A stretch of 50,451 bases of DNA, from positions 1-50,451 of IMG/VR virus record IMGVR_UViG_3300031519_005637; one strand, given 5' to 3'. The position numbers and the translations under genes are program-made. Origin of the DNA: a virus. Taxonomy: Duplodnaviria; Caudoviricetes. Under the pieces are notes generated by a model, which worked only from the letters and a program-made list of their open reading frames with translations, was not told the origin of the DNA and did not search any database. Shown here one piece after another: positions 17,713 through 25,755 of the stretch (position 1 is its first letter; each line of letters begins with the position of its first letter).

Positions 17713-18816
17713 ATGGCAAAGACCGTATTCAACAAAGAAAAAGTAGATTTTACAAAACAAAATATGTTCTTCGGAGCAGATCAAAACACACAGCGTTACG
17801 ATACTTTTCGTTTCCCTGTGTTTGACAAACTTAATCAAACAATGCTTGGTTACTTTTGGCGTCCAGAAGAAGTAAGTCTACAAAAAGACCGTGCTGACTT
17901 TGCTAATTTTCGACCAGAACAAAAACACATTTTTACCAGCAACTTAAAATACCAAACACTACTTGACAGTGTCCAGGGTCGTGGTCCGTGCCTAGCATTT
18001 TTGCCGCACGTTTCGCTTCCTGAACTAGAAGGATGTATTGTTACTTGGGACTTCTTTGAAACAATCCACTCACGTAGCTACACACATATTATGAAGAACG
18101 TGTACGCTGACCCGTCAGAAGTATTTGATACTATTTTAGATGACGAAAAGATTATTGCTCGTGCAACTAGTGTTACCAAGCACTACGATGCATTTACAGC
18201 AGCCGCAGACGCCTACAATCACCGCGGTGAAGGCGATATGCACGATGTTAAGAAGAAACTATATCTTGCAATGCAGACTGTAAACATTCTAGAAGGCTTG
18301 CGTTTTTATGTAAGTTTTGCTTGTACGTTTGCATTTGGTGAATTAAAACTAATGGAAGGTAGTGCTAAGATTATTAGTCTTATTGCTCGTGACGAAGCAC
18401 AGCATTTAGCACTAAGCACACACGTATTGAAGCTATGGGCTCAAGGCAAAGACGATCCAGAAATGGCTAAGATTGCTAAAGAGTGCCAAGAAGAAGTATA
18501 CGACTTATGGCGTGAATGTGTTCTAGAAGAAAAAGATTGGGCAGACTACTTGTTCAAAGACGGATCAATGATTGGACTTAATGACAAACTGTTACATCAG
18601 TATGTTGAGTACATTGCTAATCGTCGACTAAAGGCGCTGGGTATGGATGCTATATTCGATGCACCAGTTAATACTAATCCGCTACCGTGGACACAGCATT
18701 GGTTATCAAGCTCAGGCTTACAAGTTGCTCCACAAGAGACAGAAGTAGAATCTTACATTGTCGGCGGCATCAAACAAGATGTGTCAACTGACAGTCTTAA
18801 AGGATTTAGTTTATAA
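17713..18816 (+). CDS. nrdB: Class Ia ribonucleotide reductase beta subunit
   Basis: FWRPEEV, DSVQ, ETIHSRSY, LEGLRFY, RDEAQH, VAPQETEVESY. Confidence 0.98.
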   Translation: MAKTVFNKEKVDFTKQNMFFGADQNTQRYDTFRFPVFDKLNQTMLGYFWRPEEVSLQKDRADFANFRPEQKHIFTSNLKYQTLLDSVQGRGPCLAFLPHVSLPELEGCIVTWDFFETIHSRSYTHIMKNVYADPSEVFDTILDDEKIIARATSVTKHYDAFTAAADAYNHRGEGDMHDVKKKLYLAMQTVNILEGLRFYVSFACTFAFGELKLMEGSAKIISLIARDEAQHLALSTHVLKLWAQGKDDPEMAKIAKECQEEVYDLWRECVLEEKDWADYLFKDGSMIGLNDKLLHQYVEYIANRRLKALGMDAIFDAPVNTNPLPWTQHWLSSSGLQVAPQETEVESYIVGGIKQDVSTDSLKGFSL

Positions 18817-19067
18817 TGATTGAAATTTACGGCAAGCCACAGTGTCCGTTTTGCGATAGAGCAAAGGCACTTTGTGAGCAAAGAGAATTAGAATACACAT
18901 ACAAACAACTTGGTACAGACTTTACCCGTGAGGAAGTACTAGAGATGTTCCCCGGAGCACGTACCTTTCCACAAATAAAAGTACACGGTACAAGCATTGG
19001 CGGATACGATAAACTAGGTACTTACCTAGAGGAAACTAACTACAACGGAACAGGACACTCACTATAA
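18816..19067 (+). CDS. grx: Glutaredoxin
   Basis: CPFC, TFPQI, IGGY. Confidence 0.95.
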   Translation: MIEIYGKPQCPFCDRAKALCEQRELEYTYKQLGTDFTREEVLEMFPGARTFPQIKVHGTSIGGYDKLGTYLEETNYNGTGHSL

Positions 19068-19357
19068 TGCTTATTGAAACACCTTATAAAATCGGAGACG
19101 TAGTGTCTCTAAAACTAAGTTCAGGCGAAGAGATACTCGGACGCTTGGAATCAGAAGATACTAACAACTACACACTTAAAAAGCCAATGGTGCTTATCGC
19201 ACAAGAGAAAGGATTAGGACTTGCTCCTTTTATGTTCTCAGTGTCACCTGATGGTAAGTTTGTTATGAAAGCAAACTCAGTAAGTTGTGTGGCTAAGACT
19301 GAATCAGAAATTAGCAAACAGTATATGGCACAGACAAGCGGAATTGCGTTAGTCTAA
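19067..19357 (+). CDS. Conserved phage protein, Sm-like beta fold likely
   Basis: LKLSSGEEILG...LKKPM pattern. Confidence 0.6.
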   Translation: MLIETPYKIGDVVSLKLSSGEEILGRLESEDTNNYTLKKPMVLIAQEKGLGLAPFMFSVSPDGKFVMKANSVSCVAKTESEISKQYMAQTSGIALV

Positions 19358-20334
19358 TGCCAGGCGTTAGTCGAGATAATGATACAGCTGGCGGGGATTT
19401 AATTCCTAGCCAGACTACTGTCTTTGCTAACGATGAAGAAATTATTGTCGACGGCGATGACGTAGCAGGGCACGGCTCTGGAGCACATTCTGCTCCTACA
19501 ATTCCAGCAAGTGGTATTAATCCTAATGTATATGTTGGCAATAAACTTGCTATCGTAAAAGGTGATCCTGCTACTTGTTCTGATCCTGCAACTGGAAGTG
19601 GTAATGTTTGGATACACGAAGGATTTGTTCCACCGGTTATTCTTTCACCAGCACAAGCGGCTGCAACTGATGCCGCAATAGCAGACGCTATTGCTAATCC
19701 TCCTACTATAGTAGGCGACGTTGGCGGACAAGTTCCTCAAGTATACGAAGGAGCTCCAGCAGCGGGCGTAGACGATATGGGCACTACTGCTCCATTAGTT
19801 GATGCAAGCGCAGCAAGTTCGACAGCAGCAGCAGACGGTATACCAGGCTTTTTAAGTCAAGTATTAGCAGAAGCAAACAACAATGATTGGGACGAAACTG
19901 TAGATCCTAGTAATGGTAACATTCTTAATATATGGTCAGAGCTAGGCTTTCCTGATACGGCATATTGGAAAACAGACCAAACACCTTGGTGTGCAGGATT
20001 TGTAAACTGGGTACTAAAACGTACAGGTTACAAATATATGCAAAGTGCTAGAGCATATGACTTTAGAGATAAGACCAGTATATATGGCGGAGTACCAGTT
20101 CCACTGTCAGACGGTCAGCCTGGAGACATTGTAGTTTGGAGTTACAGTCACGTAAACTTTATATATACATCTCCAAGTCCGGGGACGTATACTTTTGTAG
20201 GCGGAAATCAAAGTGATAAAGCAAGTCCTACCAACAATAATCCATCAGGTGGAACAATTACGCATAGTCACCAATATGGTTGGACTGAGTCTAGAGGCAA
20301 GGTTACAGGCATATATCGTCCGGTTAGATCATAA
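19357..20334 (+). CDS. PAAR (gp5.4-like) spike tip fused to a TIGR02594/CHAP-like peptidoglycan hydrolase
   Basis: N-terminal PAAR repeats with H/H/C ligands; Pro/Ala linker; PWCAGFV, PGDIVV, SHV, GGNQS. Confidence 0.8.
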   Translation: MPGVSRDNDTAGGDLIPSQTTVFANDEEIIVDGDDVAGHGSGAHSAPTIPASGINPNVYVGNKLAIVKGDPATCSDPATGSGNVWIHEGFVPPVILSPAQAAATDAAIADAIANPPTIVGDVGGQVPQVYEGAPAAGVDDMGTTAPLVDASAASSTAAADGIPGFLSQVLAEANNNDWDETVDPSNGNILNIWSELGFPDTAYWKTDQTPWCAGFVNWVLKRTGYKYMQSARAYDFRDKTSIYGGVPVPLSDGQPGDIVVWSYSHVNFIYTSPSPGTYTFVGGNQSDKASPTNNNPSGGTITHSHQYGWTESRGKVTGIYRPVRS

Positions 20335-20404
20335 CCACATTTAAGACTCCTTAAACGTACATTTATTAAATATTATTGACATTAAAAAACAATAGGAGAA
20401 AATA

Positions 20405-20581
20405 ATGGCAAATCACGAAGAAATCGTACAAGCATTTAACAACTACCTAACTGAACACGAAACGTTCGAAGGTAAAGGCGTAAAAGCTGCGGCCACAAGA
20501 GCCAGAAAAGCACTTGGTGAACTAGGCAAACTTACGAAAGAGCGTAGAAAAGAAATCCAAGATAAAAAGAACGCAATGTAA
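20405..20581 (+). CDS. Histone H1-like (Hc1 family) small protein, not in ORF track
   Basis: MANHEEIVQAFNNY...KGVKAAATRARKALGELGKLTKERRKEIQ; AGGAGA SD. Confidence 0.75.
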   Translation: MANHEEIVQAFNNYLTEHETFEGKGVKAAATRARKALGELGKLTKERRKEIQDKKNAM

Positions 20582-20790
20582 TGAGCGGTCAGCGGCGATG
20601 GATCAAAACCTGGGCCCGCACTGTAGGTATGCCAATTGGCATCACCGATGATGATAAGCCAGAGTTCCTTCCTATATCACAATCAAGTGTAAAGAAGGCA
20701 CTGGCTTTTCGTACCTTTTGGATAGTACTTCACATAGTAACGTGTTGTAGTATTATTGCAGGGAACGGTAGAAATTTAGGATTTTGGTAA
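20581..20790 (+). CDS. Small membrane protein
   Basis: 69 aa, one TM helix, coupled start. Confidence 0.7.
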   Translation: MSGQRRWIKTWARTVGMPIGITDDDKPEFLPISQSSVKKALAFRTFWIVLHIVTCCSIIAGNGRNLGFW

Positions 20791-21062
20791 TGCGATATTA
20801 CCTTGGACAATGCGAATTTAAGTGGACACACGCAAATACACAGCTAGAAAAAATATGGGTCCAGCGTGAACTAGGTGACGAACTTTATAAAATTGTAGAA
20901 ACAAACGATTGGAAATGGACACTAATGCATTCAGATAGCATAAGTCTGCCAGGAGATACGTACTGTCGTTGTGACATATATGTAGAAATACCAGACTCAA
21001 AACAAGCTACACATTTTGTACTTAAATATCCTCGAGCAAAACAAGTGGAGAAGATACTATGA
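20784..21062 (+). CDS. Hypothetical protein
   Basis: ORF in operon. Confidence 0.65.
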   Translation: MVMRYYLGQCEFKWTHANTQLEKIWVQRELGDELYKIVETNDWKWTLMHSDSISLPGDTYCRCDIYVEIPDSKQATHFVLKYPRAKQVEKIL

Positions 21063-21292
21063 TGTGGGTAGACTATAACATAACTCAAATGGGAGAAAAC
21101 TTTCGTGTAGAAGGTGATTGGCCAGGAGAAGTAATGGGCTTAATGCAAGACGGGACAAAGAAAGAAAGTGTTCTATATAGGCCCGGAGATGTATTCATTG
21201 TAAACGAAGGCGGCTGGTTAGTTAAATCAGATCAATTAACATCAATGATATTAAAGCACGATACAAAAAAGGCAGCAAACGATGAAGTGTAA
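21059..21292 (+). CDS. Hypothetical protein
   Basis: ORF in operon. Confidence 0.7.
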   Translation: MMWVDYNITQMGENFRVEGDWPGEVMGLMQDGTKKESVLYRPGDVFIVNEGGWLVKSDQLTSMILKHDTKKAANDEV

Positions 21293-21605
21293 GAAAGGTG
21301 ATATAGCGGTAATCAAATGGTCAGTGAATCCACAAAACGTAGGCCGTATTGTAAAAGTAGCAGAACTAATTGGACATTTTGAACGGGGCACACATTTTCA
21401 TTTTAATGGAATAATGTGTCAGGCTGCTGTTACTGATAATTATTGGTGGATTGAAGCTGATGATCTAAATATTATGCTTGGACCCTCGCCACGTGCATAT
21501 ATTGCAGACACTTGGTTAGAACCAATTAACCCTAAAAAAGACAAAGGCTTAACGGCTGAAGAAATAGAAGACAAAAAGTTTGCTATGGACTTAATGTTAG
21601 GTTGA
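21282..21605 (+). CDS. Hypothetical protein
   Basis: 107 aa; MKCKKGDIA...IADTWLEPI. Confidence 0.75.
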   Translation: MKCKKGDIAVIKWSVNPQNVGRIVKVAELIGHFERGTHFHFNGIMCQAAVTDNYWWIEADDLNIMLGPSPRAYIADTWLEPINPKKDKGLTAEEIEDKKFAMDLMLG

Positions 21606-21632
21606 CAAACACTCGATACTAGTGTATAAATA
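21602..21632 (+). promoter_or_regulatory. Dual sigma70/late promoter of tmRNA
   Basis: TTGACA-N17-TATAAATA. Confidence 0.75.
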
Positions 21633-21637
21633 GTATT

Positions 21638-21912
21638 GTAACGTTGAAACAAGTTGAACGGCGAGCAGGACCCGGGGGCGGTACCCGGCAGCTCCACCAA
21701 AAGCACATCCTGGAAGAACAGGTTGGTTACAAGTTGAAGGATGTGTTTTTGATGGGGCTGAACTAGGATCGACTGGCGAACTATTAGACAAGTGGAGTTA
21801 CCCCGATCTAAGCTGGGTTAACGCGAAGAAAACATATAATTAACAATGAGAATTATAAATTAGCAGCTTAGGCTGTTACGAGGTAGTTAGGCCTTGTTAC
21901 CAAACATAGCAG
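21638..21912 (+). ncRNA. ssrA: Two-piece (circularly permuted) tmRNA
   Basis: tRNA-like 3' half GGACCCGGGGGCGGTACCCGGCAGCTCCACCA (ends 21699) precedes a paired intervening segment and the 5' half GGGGCTGAACTAGGATCGAC (starts 21754); tag frame 21842-21871 NNENYKLAA-stop; outer ends approximate. Confidence 0.93.
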
Positions 21913-21914
21913 GA

Positions 21915-21947
21915 AAGAGTGTTGCAGCAATGTAACACTTTTTTTTT
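21915..21947 (+). terminator. Rho-independent terminator
   Basis: AGTGTTGCA-GCAA-TGTAACACT plus U-tract. Confidence 0.85.
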
Positions 21948-22065
21948 ATGACTAACAAACACAGCCACTAACAGGTAAGAAACGTTCTTATCTAGCTAAT
22001 TAGTAATAGTGAAGACAAGCTTCACTGATCTAAAAAGTAATCTAACCCAAGAATAGGACTAAACA

Positions 22066-22839
22066 ATGCGTACACTCGTACTAGCAACCGTAGCCGCTCT
22101 GGCTGCAACTTCTGCACTCGCAGACCTCACAGGATCTATAGAATTAGATCTTGCCGAAAATACAACAACAAACAAATATGAAGCAACATCTACACTAGGA
22201 CTTGCTTTTGACTCAGCAACAACTGGCGCATTTGGTGGCTTTAACTTCAAAGCAGTCGATGGTGGCAACTTAGCTCTAGACGAGTACTATATTGGCGCAG
22301 CCGTTGGTTCAGCTACAGTTTCATATGGTGACCAAGGCGGTCTTCTACCAGAAGCAATTGCTGCAACAGCATTTGACGCACTTAGTGATCCAAACTTTGC
22401 AATGACTGAATCACTACAATTCTCCACAATGGGTGCAAGTGTAGCAGTAGGTCTTACTGATGTAACTACAGATGTTACTGACGTAGCAAACGTACAAGCA
22501 TCATACACAATGAGTTTGCCAGTGCTTGACGTTACGGCAGCAGTTGACTATAACAAAGCATCAGAGAAGTATATCTGGGGTGGTCGTGCAGCAGCAAACG
22601 TAGCAAACACAGTAGTTGGCACAACAGCAACATATGCCGCAGAAGTATTTGCATTTGAAGCAGATATAACTATGAACAGCTTTACAGCGTATCTAAACGG
22701 AGACGAAAATGATACAACTGAAAATGCCGGTATAGAGTGGACAAAGGGCTTTGATAGTCTTACACTAGTAGCAGATGCTAACTACAACTTTGATAGCTCA
22801 GAAGTAACACCAGGGTTAAACCTTAGCTTCAACTTCTAA
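22066..22839 (+). CDS. Outer-membrane porin-like beta-barrel (alphaproteobacterial type)
   Basis: Signal peptide (ALA), alternating beta-strands, C-terminal GLNLSFNF BAM signal. Confidence 0.75.
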   Translation: MRTLVLATVAALAATSALADLTGSIELDLAENTTTNKYEATSTLGLAFDSATTGAFGGFNFKAVDGGNLALDEYYIGAAVGSATVSYGDQGGLLPEAIAATAFDALSDPNFAMTESLQFSTMGASVAVGLTDVTTDVTDVANVQASYTMSLPVLDVTAAVDYNKASEKYIWGGRAAANVANTVVGTTATYAAEVFAFEADITMNSFTAYLNGDENDTTENAGIEWTKGFDSLTLVADANYNFDSSEVTPGLNLSFNF

Positions 22840-22863
22840 GTTAACACATATAAAACTAAAATT

Positions 22864-22885
22864 AGAGCCTTCGGGCTCTTTTTTT
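22864..22885 (+). terminator. Rho-independent terminator
   Basis: AGAGCC-TTCG-GGCTCT plus T-tract. Confidence 0.9.
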
Positions 22886-22931
22886 ATGACTAAATAAACT
22901 TAGCATATAACATAATGGGGCAAGGGCAAAA

Positions 22932-23414
22932 ATGAAAAATACAAATGAATATGACGTAAAGGTCATTAAAGTCGTCGATGGCGACACAGTAGACGTAGAT
23001 ATCGATCTAGGTTTTGGTGTAACATTAACAGACGAGCGTGTCCGTATAATGGGCATCGATACTCCAGAGTCACGTACAAGGGACAAGGTAGAAGACTTGT
23101 TCGGCGAAGCAGCCAAAGCACGTTTGAAAGTACTTATGAAGGACGGTGGTAAACTTATTACTACTGAAGACCGCAAGGGCGAAGATATGAAAGGCAAGTT
23201 CGGACGTATCCTTGGAGACTTTAAAGTAGACTACAATGGCGAAATGAAAAAAGTCACTGAGATTATGACAGAAGAAGGACATTGCGTTCCTTACTTTGGC
23301 GGATCAAAAGAAGAGACTCAAGCAGCACATATGGTAAACAGAACACGTTTATTAAATGAAGGTACTGTAACCCAAGCAGACTACGACAAAGCCGTTGCTA
23401 AAATGGCAAAGTAA
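22932..23414 (+). CDS. Thermonuclease (SNase-like)
   Basis: VVDGDTVD, RIMGIDTPE, KFGRILG. Confidence 0.9.
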   Translation: MKNTNEYDVKVIKVVDGDTVDVDIDLGFGVTLTDERVRIMGIDTPESRTRDKVEDLFGEAAKARLKVLMKDGGKLITTEDRKGEDMKGKFGRILGDFKVDYNGEMKKVTEIMTEEGHCVPYFGGSKEETQAAHMVNRTRLLNEGTVTQADYDKAVAKMAK

Positions 23415-23417
23415 AGG

Positions 23418-23446
23418 TTGACAACTAACTAAACTCCTGCTATACT
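23418..23446 (+). promoter_or_regulatory. Sigma70-like promoter
   Basis: TTGACA-N17-TATACT with TG extension. Confidence 0.75.
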
Positions 23447-23479
23447 GTATAGACAGTAACAAATAGTAGGAGTTTTTTT

Positions 23480-23932
23480 ATGACTATGGGACTTGTAAGA
23501 GGTATGTCTTCGCTGAATACTAAGAAGCGTAAGAAAAAAGCCCTCACACAAAAAGATGTAGAACGATACACTATTGAATTTCGCAAGCACAATAAGTCTA
23601 TGCGGCGAGCAAATAATCACTCATTACAATATGCTACAGTTGAAGACTACATTGCATATGTACGAGGCGAGTACAAAGCACCTAAGCAAACAAGAGAAAT
23701 ATACAAGCCAGATACCAGCTGGCGCAAGGAAGAACCTAGAATCCCTTCCGCAATGGAAGAAGCGATTAAAGCAGGTACTTTCAATAGAGGGTGTTCAGGT
23801 GGTACTAAGAAAGAAACACCAAAGTACACAGGTAATTTAATTGTAGGCATTGCAACAATGCATAAGTCAAATGCTGTTCCGGTTATGCGTGGAACAGATC
23901 AAGCAAAAGAGATAGCGAGGATGGCCCGATGA
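23480..23932 (+). CDS. Basic hypothetical phage protein
   Basis: 150 aa; C-terminal GIATMHKSNAVPV. Confidence 0.8.
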   Translation: MTMGLVRGMSSLNTKKRKKKALTQKDVERYTIEFRKHNKSMRRANNHSLQYATVEDYIAYVRGEYKAPKQTREIYKPDTSWRKEEPRIPSAMEEAIKAGTFNRGCSGGTKKETPKYTGNLIVGIATMHKSNAVPVMRGTDQAKEIARMAR

Positions 23933-24435
23933 AAAATCTTACAGTATTAATTATTTTATTAATAGCCGGAATTGGATTTGCACAAGCAGGACAAGCAAAA
24001 GGTTTGTTCACCGCAGAAGACAAACCAGAGATGTGGTGCTTGGCACAGAATATCTATTATGAAGCACGAGGCAGCAACAGAGCAGATAGAGTAGCAGTTG
24101 CAGACGTAGTACTAAATCGTGTAAAGCATACATACTACCCTAATACAATTTGCGGAGTAGTACACCAAGGTAAGCAATATGCAAGCGGGGCAATGATACG
24201 TAACAAGTGTCAGTTCAGCTGGTACTGTGATGGCAAAAGCGATTGGCCAAAAGATATGGATGCTTGGGTAGAAGCACAACAAATTGCATACAATATAATT
24301 GCATTTCAAGATGCTCGAGGTATTACTGAAGGAGCAACACACTATCACGCAGATTATGTTATGCCTAATTGGGCTAAAGATTTTCATCTAGTAGGACGTA
24401 TTGGCGTACACATATTTTATCGTTGGGACAAGTAG
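23929..24435 (+). CDS. SleB / Hydrolase_2 cell wall hydrolase
   Basis: CLAQNIYYEARG, VVLNRV, CQFSW, GATHYHA, IGVHIFY. Confidence 0.93.
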   Translation: MKNLTVLIILLIAGIGFAQAGQAKGLFTAEDKPEMWCLAQNIYYEARGSNRADRVAVADVVLNRVKHTYYPNTICGVVHQGKQYASGAMIRNKCQFSWYCDGKSDWPKDMDAWVEAQQIAYNIIAFQDARGITEGATHYHADYVMPNWAKDFHLVGRIGVHIFYRWDK

Positions 24436-24449
24436 TTTACCAAAAAGTC

Positions 24450-24478
24450 TTGACATTATGACAAATCTATCGTATACT
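24450..24478 (+). promoter_or_regulatory. Sigma70-like promoter
   Basis: TTGACA-N17-TATACT. Confidence 0.75.
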
Positions 24479-24520
24479 TATAGAGTAATGAATAAACAAC
24501 CCACTATGGAGAATAGGCAA

Positions 24521-25024
24521 ATGAATAAAGGCAAACTTACTAAAGCATTCGCAACAGGCGCACTACTAATTGGATTAGGTGCTTGTTCAAGTACAACAGT
24601 TATCTCAGAACGAGATTCATACGCACAGCCTAAATGGTATGCTTCGTGCGCACAATCAGGAGCAGAAGGCTTCTTTTGGTGGAAAGAAGAATTTGCATAT
24701 GCGTGTGGCGCAGGTGAAAGTATTCACCAACAAGCCGCTGAAGAACAAATGTACGCAATTTCAATGAACAACTTTGCAAAGCGAATTAACGGAATGGTTA
24801 ATTCAAAAACAAAATTAGATTTTGTAAATGATGTAAAAACTACTCGTACTACTATTTCATACACAGTATCAGACACAGCAATTACACAACATCTTGAAGA
24901 AGAACGTGGAACTTATATCTACGCTGGTAAGCACTATACTTTTGTAAAACTTAAAATGCCTAAAGCAGTTTTTGATTCACTAGTAGCGGAGAACTCAAGT
25001 GCGAGAATTGCTTCTAATAACTAG
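24521..25024 (+). CDS. Lipoprotein (LPP20-like)
   Basis: Lipobox LGAC; PKWY motif. Confidence 0.65.
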   Translation: MNKGKLTKAFATGALLIGLGACSSTTVISERDSYAQPKWYASCAQSGAEGFFWWKEEFAYACGAGESIHQQAAEEQMYAISMNNFAKRINGMVNSKTKLDFVNDVKTTRTTISYTVSDTAITQHLEEERGTYIYAGKHYTFVKLKMPKAVFDSLVAENSSARIASNN

Positions 25025-25331
25025 TATTAGTATTATTGGTCTAGCAGGATGTGCAAGTAACGACAGTTATAATTACACACCTCAATACTGCTACACAGAT
25101 CAAGCAATACTTAAACAGGACGGTACTAACGTAAGTAGTGCAACAGTTGTACAATGTACTGACCGTCCTGGGCAATCAATGCAAATTGCAAGAGCAGGTA
25201 TCGACAGTAAGTGTGAAGAATTTTTTTACCCAGAACGTCGATGGAATACAACAGTGGAAGTAAGAGGAGTGAGATGTGAGAAACTTGACGGTAGTTGGGA
25301 AGTTCTTAATATTAACGGCACTGTTAGGTAG
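24999..25331 (+). CDS. Cys-rich lipoprotein
   Basis: Lipobox LAGC; four further Cys. Confidence 0.7.
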   Translation: MRELLLITSISIIGLAGCASNDSYNYTPQYCYTDQAILKQDGTNVSSATVVQCTDRPGQSMQIARAGIDSKCEEFFYPERRWNTTVEVRGVRCEKLDGSWEVLNINGTVR

Positions 25332-25719
25332 CATCACTGCTTGTGGTCATATGCCACAACAAAGTGAAAGCATTACTAGAAGTGCAAAAACAAATTATGC
25401 ACCTAGTGCAAGCTCAATTACTTTTGCAATTGATGTATTAGATTGGTCGAGGCATAGGCTAACTGATGAACAGAAACGTAAGCAAAATAGTGCAGTACAC
25501 GCCGCACTAGAAAGCGATTATGGAACTTTATATAATTGGTACGAACATACTGCTAAGGGCAGTGTAAAAGCAGTACACGGGTATCCTATCAGTAGTGGCT
25601 ATTGTCGTGTAATTTACAGTATGATTACAGTCAAAGGTAAATCACGACACTTTGAAGAAACAGCGTGTCAAAGTAGTGGCACACAGAACAAATGGCGTTG
25701 GGTCGGGATATCAGACTAG
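25276..25719 (+). CDS. 17-kDa surface-antigen-like lipoprotein
   Basis: Lipobox ITAC; W..G.V..CR....AC...W pattern. Confidence 0.7.
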   Translation: MRNLTVVGKFLILTALLGSITACGHMPQQSESITRSAKTNYAPSASSITFAIDVLDWSRHRLTDEQKRKQNSAVHAALESDYGTLYNWYEHTAKGSVKAVHGYPISSGYCRVIYSMITVKGKSRHFEETACQSSGTQNKWRWVGISD

Positions 25720-25755
25720 ATAATGAACTACATTAAACAGGTTAAATAGTATACT

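Noticed and set aside
15337-18816. Introns or inteins in nrdA/nrdB
   Set aside because: Both ORFs are continuous and of normal length
21661-21699. Apparent tRNA fragment ending in CCA
   Set aside because: No D or anticodon arms; it is the acceptor piece of the permuted tmRNA
21440-21791. Minus-strand ORFs over the tmRNA
   Set aside because: Antisense shadows of the RNA gene
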